NCBI GenBank assembly: GCA_951406725.2
Contig: OX597818.1
Span: forward strand, 96,410,001-96,474,000
Length of the DNA: 64,000 nt
From: Octopus vulgaris
Taxonomy: Eukaryota
Direction: 5' to 3'
This document shows positions 28,640-45,308 of this stretch, piece after piece. The number at the start of each line of letters is the position of its first letter. Position 1 is the stretch's first letter. Under the pieces are notes generated by a model. The model was not told the origin of the DNA, ran no database searches, and was given only the letters and a program-made list of their open reading frames with translations. Made by a program: the position numbers and the translations under genes.

Positions 28640-28660
28640 GTATATATACACACACACACT

Positions 28661-28780
<120 letters not shown>

Positions 28781-29210
28781 CAGATAGATAGACAGACAGA
28801 CAGCCAAACAAATAGACAAACAGACAGACAGATAGACAGACAGATAAGTATTATATGTGTGTGTGCATTTATATATATTTATATATAATATATATATTGT
28901 ACATTAGCTACAGTTTGTTATTAAAGGAATACAATTTTAGAAAAATACATCTCTGATGTGAAAATTGCTGCAGTCGCATGTACGTAGATAGACCAAGGTA
29001 TACCAACAGTCATAAATCAATAGAGAACTTGTAATAAAAGCAGATCGATTAATGCCATTGATTTGTCGCTGGTCTCTTGTAAAACATGTGAGTGGTCGGG
29101 TAGGATAGTGTCCTTGTTCAAGGTCAGTATTGCTGAGAATGTCCCTCGGTCAGTGGCGATGCTTGTCTAGCAGTGTGGTACACACATGAACACACACACA
29201 CACACACATT

Positions 29211-29248
<38 letters not shown>

Positions 29249-29404
29249 AGTACATCTGTGTCTGTGTGTTTATCCGTGTAAGTGTATGTGTATATATATT
29301 TATGTATGTGTGTTTGTGCGTAAACATACACATTCATGCATATATACAAATATATATTTTAATATACCTACACATGTATACAGGCACCCACTCATATATT
29401 TACA

Positions 29405-29455
<51 letters not shown>

Positions 29456-29748
29456 GCATGTATATATGTAGGTTTTTAAATATAAGTATGTATGCATGTA
29501 TGTATGTATGTATGTATGCATGTATGTATGTATGTATGTATGTATGTATGTATGTATGTATGTATGTATGTACGTATGTATGTATGTATACACACACATG
29601 ATCATTACTAGTTACAGAAGAATGAGTGACGAAACGAAATCACAGATTTAGAGAGAAAGAGGGAAGAAAGTGTATGAAATAGGATTAGGATTTTGCGATG
29701 AGGCATGAGATGGAGCTGAGTCAGATAAGTAATAAGTTGTAAAGAGAG

Positions 29749-29801
<53 letters not shown>

Positions 29802-30076
29802 AAAACAAGGAGGGAGAGAGAGAAAAAAAAAAGAGAGAACACAAGAAAAAGAGAGGGTGCGGGGAAAAAGCGACTGAGAGCATGTGAATTATACGTTAAG
29901 AGAATGGGAGCTAGAGCGAGCGAGGGAGAGAGAGAGAGAAACTGAGAGAGAGATAAAGGCAACTCGGTGGATATATGCGTATGCAATTGTGTGTGTGTGC
30001 GTGTGTATATATATATATGTGTGTATATATAGGAGAGTATATGTATGTATATAGACATATATGTATATATAGGTAG

Positions 30077-30217
<141 letters not shown>

Positions 30218-30239
30218 TAGATATAGATATAGATCGCTA

Positions 30240-30411
30240 GCCACTTAAATATTTTTATTTTCTCTCCCTGTTTATATGTGTGTTCCTTTCTATGGCAGAG
30301 CGTAGGCTCGAAACGTAAAATACTTTCTCACTTCCCGAACGTCGTTAAAGTAATACATGTTTATTGTTTACGCATCCGCCTTCGTCATTTCTTTTTTTGT
30401 AAATTCTCACT

Positions 30412-30412
<1 letters not shown>
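30240..30412 (+). repeat. Second copy of the 8850-8965 repeat with a decayed hammerhead-like motif
   Basis: gagc gtag gctc GAAA cg TA aaatacttt at 30298-30325. Confidence 0.6.
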
Positions 30413-30479
<67 letters not shown>

Positions 30480-30507
30480 ATATGTATGTATGTATGTATG
30501 TATGTAA

Positions 30508-31447
<940 letters not shown>

Positions 31448-31524
31448 GCACATAAGTAAGCGCATAAATGCAAAACAAGGTGGCAAATGTAGTACTCGAA
31501 TACCTAAGGTAAAGTAATATACTC

Positions 31525-31665
31525 TTATTAAAGCTGTAAACTCTTCACATAACTGTTATTCAGAGCGTCATGTTCCCGTTCGTCGGACAATTGTGAATAC
31601 TCATCTGTCCGCCGAATGAAATCTTGAAACTCTGAGCAACAATTTTGCAGCTTTCATAACAGTAT
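31525..31665. repeat. Diverged fold-back with two head-to-head hammerhead relics
   Basis: Minus strand: tgt CCGACGA..GAcg ctctgaa TA aca. Plus strand: tgt CCGCCGA..GAAA ctctgag CA aca. Confidence 0.55.
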
Positions 31666-31674
31666 CCATGCTTA

Positions 31675-31741
<67 letters not shown>

Positions 31742-31746
31742 TATTT

Positions 31747-32127
31747 TTATTCTTTTTACTTGTTTCAGTCATTTGAATGCGGCCATGCAGGAACACCGCC
31801 TTTAGTCGAGCAAATCGACCCCAGAACTTACTCTTTGTAAGCCTAGTACTTATTCTATCGCTCACTTTTGCCGAACCTCTAAGTTACGAGGGCGCAAACA
31901 CACCACCACTCATTGTCAAGCGATGTTGGGGGAAAAACAGACACACAAACACACACACACATATATATATACATATATACATCGGGTTTCTTTCAGTTTC
32001 CGTCTACCAAATCCATCACAAGGATTTGGTCCGCCCGAGGCTATAGTAGAAGACACTTGCCCAAAGTGCCACGCAGCGGGACTGAACCCGGAACCATGTG
32101 GTTGGTAAGCAAGCCACTCCTGCGCCT
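31747..32127 (-). mobile_element. SINE family A
   Basis: Near-complete reverse complement of the family sequence. Confidence 0.9.
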
Positions 32128-32177
32128 ATTCATACATGGGCATGTATATACATATATATATATATTTACACATATAT

Positions 32178-32237
<60 letters not shown>

Positions 32238-32629
32238 TAGTGTGTGTGTGTGTGTATATATATATATACATACATATACACACACGCGCACACATGAACA
32301 CACGAACACACACATCTATATTTAAGTCGATCGCCAACGTATCAGTTACTGAGCATTTCGCAAACACAGAAAGAGCGCAGTCCAGGGATTCATAAGGTTG
32401 CACCTTTTGAATTATAGGTACAATTCACCTAGTAAAGTTCTGAATAGTTTCCATATACCTAATTATATTCGTGAGTCATGAGTTAATGCAGGAGGTTTAT
32501 CCCGTGCCGCTTGTGACAGATTGACCTTGAACTCTGTTATGTATGCACAGCAAGATTTAACGGTCTAGCTTACTACCGCTGTTTACAGCAGTGCTTGGGA
32601 GAAACGTGTGTAGCGTGTGATCGTCGCAT

Positions 32630-33030
32630 TAACTATAACAAAGAAAGTTGAGCAGAGAATGTCCATCAAATTTTGCTAAAGCTTGGTGATACTTGCTCAG
32701 AGGCCTACTCAAAAATTTCAGAAATATTCATCGACCTTGGCACAATCAAGGAGATCTTGTACAACTGAAACTCGAGTGTCATTTTGGTTAACTGAAAGCA
32801 GTTTAGGCACAAACGTGGCAGAGACGCGTCTCATACCCAAATCTTCAGAGATAATGGACTAGACTGAACCATAGCTAATCTGCACATTCTCTGATAATTC
32901 ACAGGTGGCGATTCAATGATTTCTCCTCACAGCTGCACGCACATCTGCGATGTTTTTCTTTGTTCACAACGTCCGTCAATATCGACATTTTCTTGATCAT
33001 CTAGGAAACATTTAAACAACTTGTATACTT
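32630..33030. mobile_element. mariner transposase fragments in both orientations
   Basis: Plus strand EQRMSIKFC*.LGDTCSEAY. 32750-33030 resembles the antisense of the same kind of N-terminal region. Confidence 0.55.
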
Positions 33031-33094
33031 GTGTGCTGCTCATACACTCTTCTCCATACACTTTCTGCAACCTTGCGTAGGCCTGCGGAACGGA

Positions 33095-33535
<441 letters not shown>

Positions 33536-33545
33536 TGGATTTATT

Positions 33546-33924
<379 letters not shown>

Positions 33925-33971
33925 AAGAAGAAGAAGAAGAAGAAGAAGAAGAAGAAGAAGAAGAAGAAGAA

Positions 33972-34185
33972 TCCTTTCTTCTGGAAGCACAAGGCCTGAA
34001 ATGTTAGGAGAGGGTAATAGTTGATTTCATCAACCCCAGTACTCAACTGTTACTTAATTTATCGACCCCAGAAGGATGAAACTTAAAGTCGACCTCAGTG
34101 GAATTTGAACTCAGAACGTAGCGGCAGACGAAATACTGCTATGCATTTTTTCTGACGTACTAACGATTCTGCCAGCTCACCGCCT
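33972..34185 (-). mobile_element. SINE family B
   Basis: aatttatcgacccc...gaatttgaactcagaacgtagcggcagacgaaatac...gccagctcaccgcc. Confidence 0.85.
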
Positions 34186-34207
34186 TAATAACAAAAATAA
34201 TTTCTTC

Positions 34208-34490
<283 letters not shown>

Positions 34491-35272
34491 CCTGAAATTA
34501 CCCGGTTCTCTTTAAATTCTTTTAAACTGAAATATCACAAATTTGACAGAATCTTAGTTCACAAATTGTGGTCTCAATTTTTCAACAACATATCAGTGCC
34601 AATCGTACATTAATACATCCAGCTTGCTGTTACTTGAGGTCTCTAGATTAGCCTTCGAACTGCTCCTATAAAACAAAGCAAAAACGACGTAAATAATAAC
34701 CTTTAGCTTCGTGTCCCTTTGAAAGATTTTTCGCCTCTCTTTAACTCAGCTTCTCAATTCTAATAACTAATGGGAAGTTACGTTTCATTCCCAGATTTTC
34801 TTACTTATTTATCACTTGTATTATTTCCACCAGTAATACAACTGTCGATTTATATATCCGTGATAATCAACATAACTTTTTTCTTACCAACATCATGTTC
34901 GGAACTGCCAGATTTTATTAATATGTTTGGAACTATCCAATTTACACACTCTAACCTTCTTGTCGTAGTAGTTATCATTACGAAACCCGAGCCGAATAGC
35001 GAGTCTCTGCAAGATCACTCAACTTGTTAAAAATCACACTCAGCTCAAATCCAACCCTAATGTCTTGAAAGAAAACAAGAAGGTTTAATTAGATCTGTTC
35101 AAGCTAATAACTTTGAACAAATAATATATCTGTCAAGAAAACCATCGTCACTATATTACAGATGTTATCTATAGGACTTGCTTTCGATTACATAAGCAAT
35201 ATTGTAACTGGTATGTTTTGCTCGAACGAACATTAAATTAATATTTTATACCTAAACAACATTTCTCTCATT

Positions 35273-36335
35273 ATACGAGGTTTGTACCAAAAGCAATGAA
35301 ATTGAGCGCAATTTTTTATTAACTAGTATAGATCGTTCAAATTGCATTTGTTCGCATGGTGCCTCTCTCTTTATAGTAACTCTTCATTTTCTTCTTCATT
35401 GCAGGCAAATAGTGACTTCGAAGAAGACGCTACGTGCCGTCCTTGTGTTTTTCAGGAAGTGCAGAGAGTAGACTATTTAATGTACACAAAATGCTACGAA
35501 GCTTACGGAAATGACACTATTAACAGATGGATAAGGAAGTTTAAAGAAAAGAAAATTAGGTATTGAAGACAAACCACACAGGGGAAGACACCAACTGCAA
35601 CAATTGACAGGATTCACCAGCGATTTGCGCGAACAGATATGTCAAAATCCATGAATTTGCTGCACAACTGGAGTGTGGTCACAATGCATTACAGAAGACA
35701 GAAGAGTTGGGTATCGGAAAGTTTGTGCAAAGATAGTATTTGAGCAGTTAACACCCGATGTGTAAAAGAGAAAGATGGAAGTCTCCTAAGGTTTACTGGA
35801 AACATTTCAAATGAATGAAGACACAGTTTTTCCGATCTGGTGACGGGGTAAAACGATGTTATGTCTTTATAATCCGGAAATAAAGGATTAGTTGATGGAA
35901 TGGTGTCACACCACTTTTTCAAAGCTTAAGCAGTTCAAGCGCCAACGATTGGCTCAAAAGCTATGATGATTGTTTGAGATGATGACAAAGGTAAAGTTAT
36001 CGTCCTTTGTTTTCTGTGGAGTAGCTGGAGTGGTAAATAGAGACACACAAAATGCCTAGAAAAGCCATTAAGAGGAAGAGACAGAACAAGGATCTACAAA
36101 CTAGGAACATTCTCTATGGCCATGCGTGACCACACACATCTTTGGCAACAAATCATGCAAGTGGCAAAGTTGGCTGTCAAGTGATCTCCTATCCACCATA
36201 AAAGCTCAGATCTGACGTTTTCTCATTCCAATTAAGGACTATCTTTGGGGTTTAAAATTTGATAACCAGACGAAGTAAGAATGGTTGTGACAACAATTCA
36301 GGCCGAATTTTTTTCTAGGAAGATTCAACAGATGA
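35273..36335 (+). mobile_element. mariner relic
   Basis: Starts tacgaggtttgtaccaaaag. KCYEAYG...INRWIRKFKE..EDKPHRGR, VTG and YPP*.SDL remnants. Confidence 0.75.
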
Positions 36336-36339
36336 CATT

Positions 36340-37490
36340 CTTCTTATATCCTCCCATAAAACACTAAAACAGCTAGAGTAAAATACCACAAGAAGACTTG
36401 GATGTGAAACGCTTAGCATACAAAACAAAGCTGTGTGGGTCACTTTCCCGAGGTCTTGAAGAAGACAGTAATATCATCATGAAGTGCAGCCTCCTTTGGA
36501 CTCGTGATCTCTGTATCATATTTCATTTCGAAAATTATGCATTTGCAGTCCAAGAATAGGGTGTTATTACGAAATAACTAATGAACAAAAGAGAGAGTGA
36601 AACTCTTGGAGCAATAAGATGTAACCGAAATCGTAGATTATGTTGTATTTCTGTGGAAGACAAGACATGTGATCAGCATCCACCCCCAAATGTCAAGGTA
36701 CTACCACCCTATGCGACACAACATTGTCGCTAAAACATTAAAAAGAAAAAAAACACTATCCCGTAATAAATGGAGGCACATGGCCTAGTGGTTACAGTAG
36801 CGGACTCGCGGTCGAGGGACGCGGGTTCGAATTTCAGACCGGGCGATGTGTGTGTTTATGAGCGAAACACCTAAGCTCCACGCGGCTACGGCAGAAGGTA
36901 ATGGCGAACTTCTGCTGTCTCTTTCGCCACAACTTTCTCTCACTCTTTCCTCCTGCATCTTGCAGCTCACCTGCTACGGACCGGCGTCCCGTCCAGGTGG
37001 GGAACCTATACGCCAAGGAAACCGGGGAACCGGCCCTATGACCCAGGCATGGCTTGAGAAGGAACAAACAACAAACAACAATCCCGTAATAAGTATAGAG
37101 AATCCCCTTGATATTGAATACAAACTTAAATATCAACATTGGTGGAACATACCCAACAAAACTTTAGTCGAGTATAAACATAACGGGCCGTATATTGTTT
37201 GGGACAAACAAGAAAAATGTATTACCGTCATAGGATTCAACTGTGAAAATTTCTTCGAAAATCAAAGAGAGAGTGAATAACTACGGGCATCTGATTCGAA
37301 ACCTCCAGCTTCTATATCCAGGTTATAAATCCACATTTATATTAATAATAATAAGTGTATTTAGTAAATGCCTAGGTAACAATCTGGATAAACTAAGGTT
37401 TTCAGAAAAAGAGATCAACCAGCTAATTTGCATATTTCAAATACGATATGTTATGTGAAACAATAAAAATATGCAAGACTGTTATCTAGT
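36340..37490 (+). mobile_element. R4/Dong 3' region (zinc motif plus endonuclease), interrupted by a SINE
   Basis: RLCCISVED, MSRYYHPMRHNIVAK, WWNIPNKT...IVWDKQEK, NYGHLIRNLQLLYPGYK. Confidence 0.75.
36771..37080 (+). mobile_element. SINE with family D head and a different 3' body; 12-bp target duplication
   Basis: A box tggcctagtggtta, B box ggttcgaattt, (AAC/AAAC) tail. atcccgtaataa at 36758-36769 and 37081-37092. Confidence 0.92.
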
Positions 37491-37889
37491 TTTTTGCATC
37501 TTCATACCAACGATGAAGCTTTGTATCTTTGTTGGAAATGAGTTCCAGACAGATTTGACAAAAATTAGCATAGCGATTTTATTTTAATGGTCTGTTGTAA
37601 TATTGTAATAGGCGGTCTTATAAACTGATTTTCTTACTTTCTATCGTGTTCCTGGTGATTGCAAAAATTCAATATGCATCAATTCCTTTGCTGCAGACCC
37701 ACAATCTGAAGACGTCAAGGACATCCGTGAAATGATCTGATCGATTTTTTCACGGATATCTTAATGACTTTAGCATTACTCCAAAAGATTTTAGAATAAA
37801 AATATGAGTAAAAATTAGAGCCTGCATGTAAATTCTCCAAACTTTAACTTAATAGTAGATCAGAAAATTGTGTGACTCCACGGATACAG

Positions 37890-38112
37890 TTAACCCATAA
37901 GAATTTAAACTGATCATATCCAGCTCAAATATTCCACTTGTTTTACATTCAAACTGGCAAGATCCTACCTCTCACACCTACTCCAGAATGTTATTCTAAA
38001 AATAAACAATCACGTCTTCGAAATCTCAGACATAAAATAATGCACGATTAATTCAAAAGTGAAAATATAAGCATTATATTTGACAAAGTAATCTGAATGC
38101 TAAAGAATTAAA
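37890..38112. mobile_element. TTAA-flanked piggyBac-like MITE, decayed
   Basis: Ends ttaacccataagaatt ... aatgctaaagaattaa. A related fragment lies near 19040-19165. Confidence 0.45.
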
Positions 38113-40254
38113 TAACTGTTAAAAATAAATTCCTTACCCAGTTAGTTAAATCAGCCATTCTAAAAACATGCAAATACAAATTAGAGAAAACCTGTCTCTC
38201 ATTCTGATTTTATCCCTTTATCTTACTACATAGCATTATATCACTTCCTCTCGAGCGCTCTCTCGAGAATAGGCTTCCTTCAACAGGAGTGTTCACTTAA
38301 AAAATCATTAGCGGAAAGTCATGACAGATCACAATTTTGATGCAGCATTGAGTATAGGACAGATTTCGCCAGAAATATGCGTAAAGACGATCAACTGGTG
38401 GTCATGAATATTAAAGGTAATTTCTTTTTTTACAACCAATGAATTATTTGTTTAAAATCGATCATTCTTAATGTGTCCTCTTGTTCACTTCTGTTTCACT
38501 GCATCTGTCTCTGGCCAATTGTATCAGTATCACCATCTCTTTTATTATAGGTTAATATATTCTCCACATTCTCAAAGTAGTTCTGCACGCAATTAATGAT
38601 TTTATTTTTATCTTTATCAGTGAATTTTTTTTTAGTACAATAGAGAGATACTAAGCACCTGAAGAAGAAATTTAGCAGACAAATAAATATTCAGATACGT
38701 TTATGATGAATGTTTTATTACAGCCAATGTCCCTTATAGCATCATCAATGTCTTAGATAATGGCAAATCAATGAGTCACTTTATCAGCTTGAATTAGCGG
38801 CCAATTCATTCTCAAATCACTCTCTGCAGTCTCAAAGAAGACCACGTTCGAGAAATGTAGTTTTAGTTACACTAATCCTAAATACAAAACAGTATTTTAA
38901 AATTCTTTACTTATATTCTTTTACTTCTTGAAGTCACTGGACTGCGGCCTTACTTGGACACCACATTCACACTAGTGCTCTTAATGTTTTACTTCACTCA
39001 AGTGCTTAAAATGTATGGATCTCTATATAAAAAAAACGAAGCTAGGTTACGTTTCCGTCATAAAGAAACGCAACTCAACACACCAGTACAAACAAACACA
39101 TACGTACACGTAAGCAGACACACACACACACACACACACACAACATCTTTCACTGAAAAGCGATATTATTACTACATCATTTTATTGCCGTTGTTGTTTA
39201 GGTACAATCCTATTCTAATTGAACAGGCATGTGATCAGAGGCGTTCCAGTCATGGTAATCCAAATTTTACTTATAAAATGGCAGATAGACCCATTCCGGT
39301 TAGTCTGCAATTTATGGAAAAAATCATCAGTCTCGGAGACCTAAAAAATGTCACGAGGACTGTTCTTTCACTTCTGAATATTGCAGATCATTTTGACCGG
39401 TGAATCCTTCTTTATTTAAAATGATAACGTATCATTCAATAGAAATGTGACTGCTTCTTCTAGCCGGTCGTTAGACCATATAGATCTGTTGAGCGCACGT
39501 CAGGATAGGAAACAGGTGCAAAAAAATTAATATTACTGCGTGAGTACATACACAAGTGCACTCATATACATGCATATACCTATACGCATGCGTACATACA
39601 TGCATACATACATTCGTACATACATACGTACATACATACATACATACATACATACATACATACATACATACATACATACATACGAGGACAAAGAAATAAG
39701 AACTCACCATATGGTAGAAGCCATAGTCACTCATAATAAAAAGGAGTATTGGTCGAGAGCCCCAGTGAAGACTTCAATAAAATGTAAGCACAGCAGATTT
39801 GATATAATGATTTGAGACAGGGAAGAGAAACTGTGTACAGTTGCGGAAATTAGCTGCTCAGCGGCTAACATAAAGCTGAAGATCAGTGAAAAAGAGAATA
39901 CCTACTTTGAACTATTGAGAAATCCGCTGTTACTCTTTCCAAATTACAGGTTCAAGTTTATATCTGGGATATGTAACGCACTGCCTAAATACCAATCTTG
40001 AGAAATTAGGCTTCTCAAAACCAGTAAGTAGAAAGCTAATTCGAAGACTACAGATCCAATCCATCACTGGAACTGTAAAAATCTGTAACACTTTCCAGAA
40101 GTTTATCATCTAAATATATATGAGCATCTCTAGATATGCAACTATATGAATGAAAATACATACATAAAGCAAAATATACAAATCTGCACATATACATACA
40201 TACATACATATTTACATACAAACAAACAAAAATACCTTGTTGATGTTGAAATTC

Positions 40255-40300
40255 CAATGAAGGAACTTTGAATCTAGGTTAGAAACCGGCTCTATCTCTA
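40255..40300 (+). repeat. Short repeat with possible hammerhead relic; related copy at about 45695-45745(-)
   Basis: CCAATGA aggaactttgaatctaggtta GAAA ccgg ct. Confidence 0.35.
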
Positions 40301-40780
40301 TTGGTAAGAAATCTTGAAAGAAAACTGAACAATAATATAAAAAACGTACATACATACTAATTCACAAAACCTGAAAGAGTACAGCTAATCAGAAGATTAC
40401 AGCTGTAATTTGCCAAAGGTACTGTCAAAACATGTAAAATATTCATGAAATTCAGCTTGTAATGAGATCCGAAAATGCAATGTCATACAAGTCTACATCT
40501 ATGTATATATGTGCCAATACATACATGAACATGCATAAATATGGGTTTATATACATACGTATATATAAATTCGTACATACACACATTCATACCTGTATGA
40601 ATATATACAAACATACTGCATACGTACATACGTATCTACATACAAAGCTATCTCAATTATGTCTACATTCCAGCAGTCAATCAAACTTCTTTATTGGCCC
40701 CAAACTAGCACTTTCTCCATTGGTGAGGAATTCGAAGAATAAACCTAGAAATGGATGTGTGTGCATATCTGTGTGTGTAT

Positions 40781-40852
<72 letters not shown>

Positions 40853-41091
40853 TTATCGCCAAGCTAACACAGCAGGCCAGAAATACCTCTATTAATACCC
40901 AGTAATGCTGCCTTAGTCTCCTTTAGAGAAATTTAGAAAGAATAATATTTATATATTCATTATACACTCGAAGGTCACACTTGACCGTCACGAAACATCC
41001 TAATTTCTTTAAATGTGTTCTTTATTCAGAGAGAGTACTCAAAACTCAGAAACTAGTCGGGGTTATGGCCAACATCTGTGAAATAAATGGC

Positions 41092-41600
41092 ATTATTATT
41101 ATTAGTTCGTCCGTCATTGTCGACGATGACCACGGGCATGACATGGGAGAACACGTAGCACGCTGAGTCCGGCTGTAACAGAGAAGTCCGATGCGTCCTC
41201 TGAATGTTCATACAAGGTGGTAACCTACTTACCTGATTTGCACTCTTCTCATCAGTGTGTAAATGCTTGGCAGATAAGCTAGAGAGGAGACTTCTGTGTC
41301 TGGGACCTTGTCTCGTCAGGTGATTCTCAACAGCTTTCTCAGTCAGTTCAAGTGGAAGCGGTCGAGCTTTTTGACGTAACGTTCATAAACCATGCAAGTC
41401 TCGCAGGCGTACAGTAGAGTAGGCTGTACATCTGCTTGGTACGCCTTCAACTTGGTGGCTAACTTAATGCCCGTCCTCTGCCACACTGATTCACGTAGCC
41501 ACCCGAATACTGAGCTTCCCTTGGCGAATCATATGTCGACCTCATCTTCAATGTTCACAGATCTGGAGAGTGTGCTAACGAGGTACGGGAACTTGGGAGG
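41092..41600 (-). mobile_element. RTE (BovB-like) LINE 3' fragment with internal deletion
   Basis: TKLKAYQADVQPTLLYACETCMVYERYVKKLDRFHLN*LRKLL. Tail catcgtcgacaatgacggacgaac(taa)n. Confidence 0.85.
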
Positions 41601-41774
41601 TAACATTCGCGTTGTCTCACGTCGGACACCGTCGCCGGCGGCGTCGCTCGCGCGCTATCCTTACCATGCCGACGTCATTAGCCGACTGGTTTGACGTTGG
41701 GAGAATCGTGCGCGTTTACGAAATAAATATTAAGACTGAGTCTTTAATATATCGATATTAAGAAATTATGCGTA

Positions 41775-41912
41775 TTCGAAATCCGGCGAGGTCGACTTTT
41801 CTTTTCATTTTTTCAGGATCGATATCATATGTACCAGTTGAGCACTTGGGTCGATGTAATCGACTAACGTCTTCTCCAAAATTTCAAGCATTTTGCCAAT
41901 AGTAGAAAGGAT
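41775..41912 (+). mobile_element. SINE family B, 5'-truncated
   Basis: cgaggtcgacttttcttttcatt...gtaccagttgagcacttgggtcgatgtaatcgac. Confidence 0.75.
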
Positions 41913-43337
41913 AATTTTGATTCTCGCTGTTCTACCTGCGCATGGTAACTTATCATCGGATCAGCAAATAATTTGTTTACTAAATCCATAAAATAATAAT
42001 CACTACTCTAGTTTCGTTGATCTGGAGTTAGCTTTCACTGAGGAGATGCAACCAGGCCGAAACTCCAGTGTCTCAAAGTCCCCTTATGCCATCGTTTTGA
42101 TTCTCACAGTTCTCCGTGCACATGATAATTTATTAGCAAGAATAAAGCTTGGCATTAATATTGATGAAGATGTAATGAAGGATGAGAGAATTTATCTTTA
42201 TTGCCGAATGGTCGTTAACCATGACAATTAATAGATTGCTGTATACTGTTAGCCATTAGTACGTTCAAGACTATTTCTTCCAAAGACTTCACTTATCGTT
42301 AGAATAACATATCTTATTGCTTCACTAAACAGAAGCTAGGTTATTTCATAGACCTTTGTTGGAATAAGTTGTGATATTAATATGAACATCAATAAAGCCA
42401 GTCACAGTCAAGAGACAAATCATAAATAAATATTCAGTGGACATATTAGGCATTTTGTTTACACATGCCGAGTAATTTGTAGACTTGCGAGAATGATTCA
42501 GATCAGATTATTAGGAGTGGACAAATTAGTTATTCAATTAAGATGAGGGTGAAACAGTTAAATAACCATATTTAAGATCATTTCATAGGCATGTGAAAAT
42601 GGTATGATTCGCTGTAATCTCTTCCTTTCTGTATCGTTTTCAGTCATACAGCCCTAAATCTTTTCTTTTTTTTCTGGTAACTTTTCTTCTTACTGTTACA
42701 AAAAAACTATCGCAACGTGATAAGTCCAGAGCTGTAAAGCTATGTATACTGTCAAAGGTATTCTCAGAAACTTTAAAAACCATTATCAAAGGCCTTCTGA
42801 ATTCGAGATTTTATTGTGACCAAAAATATCTGGTTACCACAAACTCGCGATTGCTGCAAGTCCTTTTGTATACTTTAATCTGTATCATACTCACGATAAC
42901 CAAACTAAACACTATCAGTAATATGGTGTCCATGGTTATATATCTCCAAACACCACTGTCTTTGAGATAACCTTTTTAATTCTAGTTATTAGATGGACCT
43001 TCCAATCTTCAAGTAACTTTTTTCATACTCAATACATTATAAGCAATCCTCAATATTGCTCTTGCAACAACATATTTATCAGTTTTTAGAATTTTCTGCA
43101 GTTTTACCTGATCCAAGAGCTTTTTCATTTTTCTGTTGCTCAATAGCTCAATGGCTATTAGCTCAATAGCTCAATTTCATTTATAGCCGCTTCCAGCACA
43201 TTTTGTCGGTCGGAAATTTTCTCCTTTTCGCCTTGTTAAATGTTTTGCTCGTGTTTGTATTAAAATGTTCCATCTATACGTTTAAGAACTTGTTTTGCAA
43301 AATTCCTAATGTAAGAAATTGTGTGTTGAAACAGATA

Positions 43338-43702
43338 CTGTTATATTTCGGGACGGTCATTTCTTTCTTGCCAAATAAACACACGCACAATTTATTCGTT
43401 CCTCACACGTTTATTATTGTTATTTTATCCTATGCCCATTGTCTGGAAATCATTCGTCATACACTTGTGACCTCTTCAGCGACACTTCCATCTATTTTGT
43501 TTAGTCCATTTAGAATGGACTAAACAGAACAGGAGAAGACACGTGGAAAGGAAGAGTCACTGAAGAGGTCACAGGTGTGTGACGAAAGATTTCCAGACAA
43601 TGGACATAAGCTAAAATAAGAACTATTATAAACGAGTGCAGAACGAATAAATAGTGCGTGTGTTTATTTGGCAAGAAAACATGACCATCCCGAAATATAA
43701 CA
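43338..43702. mobile_element. Fold-back PLE-type element with about 150-bp arms and two head-to-head hammerhead relics
   Basis: Arms about 43338-43490 and 43550-43702. Motif gtca CTGAAGA g gtcac aggtgt gtgac GAAA gatt TC at 43556-43593(+), mirror at 43441-43483(-). Central hairpin at 43498-43526. Confidence 0.75.
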
Positions 43703-45184
43703 ATATGTCCCGTCTATATTTATACCACATGTTATTAGTTTTCCAACGGTAATGAATACGAGTTGCCTTTAAGACTGTTGGAAGATTTGAAGCATTCAGT
43801 AACATAAAAATGATCATTGACGATGTGTTCAAGTCCATCACGAGATGTTGTAGAAAAAATGTATATGCATACATATTTTTCGTTGTCATAAAAAATGCGG
43901 CATTTAATGTTTGGGGAAAAGTACAACAAACTCTACAAGGGAAGATCATCTACATGCTTACACGATTGGCATGAAATAACGATCAAATTTCCATCAAATG
44001 AGGCACCATCTTGGGCAAAGGTTTGACTCTTGATGGTCAGGTTCTTCCTTGATTGACCCTAAAAGGAGGCCCTCGCGTATCAAGAGGACAACATGATCCA
44101 TGTATTCACATATTTGGCATACTTTGATTACCCTTTTTCTCATCTTTTCATTTCATCCCCCTTCTCCTCATTTAAAATTTTTTAAAATGTGGAAAAAACA
44201 GATTAGATTATGTGGTTTTAGATACACTACTTCGATAAACAAATATGATGAGATGGTCACGGCTAGAAAGACGTTTGATCAGAGGCCTACTAAATTAAAA
44301 TTGATCGCGTGCTAAACAACTACGGCACCTTACCGTTCTTCTAATTGATTTCTTAGATTTCATTGTGCCATAACTGTCGTATAAATCTTTTTTCACCCTT
44401 TTACACGAGTGATTTTTCAATCTCTCCCTCTCGTTCTCTCCCGCTCACTTTCTCTCTCTCTCTCTCTCTCTCTGCCGCTTTCCCTCTCTTCTCTCTAGCA
44501 CTTACTCTTAATGTGTTCTCATTTCGTCGTTTCTTTCTCTCTTTCTACTTTTCCTTCTGGTTTTCATATTTTCGCTGAAGCGTTTTTCATCGACATTTCT
44601 TCTCATACATCTGTATGTGTGTATACGTGTGTATATATATATATATGTGTGTGTGTGGGGGGTATGTGTGTGTGTGTGTGTGTCTATATCTGTTTGTATG
44701 TGTTTCTGTATGTGTCTCTGTGTGTGTGTCTTTGTGTGTGTGTGTAGGTTTGTGTTTCGTCGATGACATCTCTTTTTCCTTTCCTTTTTCTTTATTTCCC
44801 ATGTCTTTTAATAACATTATTTCTATTACTTGCTCTCTCCTACTCACGATTTATCCCTCTCTCTTTCCCGCCTTCTCTCTCTCTCTCCTTCTCTCTCCAT
44901 CTATACACACACATACACACAAATATTCACATATATATATATTTATATAGCTATCTACTTATTTATGCATATACCTAAACAATAATCTATCTACCACTAT
45001 AACTTTCTATCCGCATATCTAGTACATTTATCTAGTTATCTAATCTATCTATTGCTTTATCTATCACATATCTACCTCATTCTATAACACTTGATTCAGT
45101 CCTCTTATTATCTCAAATAATCTATCTATCTGTATCTTTTTATCCCCTTATATCTTCATATCCCTTTCAAAACTGTTTTCCTCG

Positions 45185-45260
<76 letters not shown>

Positions 45261-45261
45261 T

Positions 45262-45308
<47 letters not shown>

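Noticed and set aside
32340-32392. Minus-strand GAAA..GTA motif resembling a hammerhead
   Set aside because: Core reads CTGGACT and the helices do not pair adequately.
37703-37772. CTGAAGA followed by a long hairpin
   Set aside because: No GAAA, helix III or helix I after the stem, so it was not counted as a hammerhead.
38286-38422. Possible exon between cag and gtaatt
   Set aside because: Stop codons in all three plus-strand frames.
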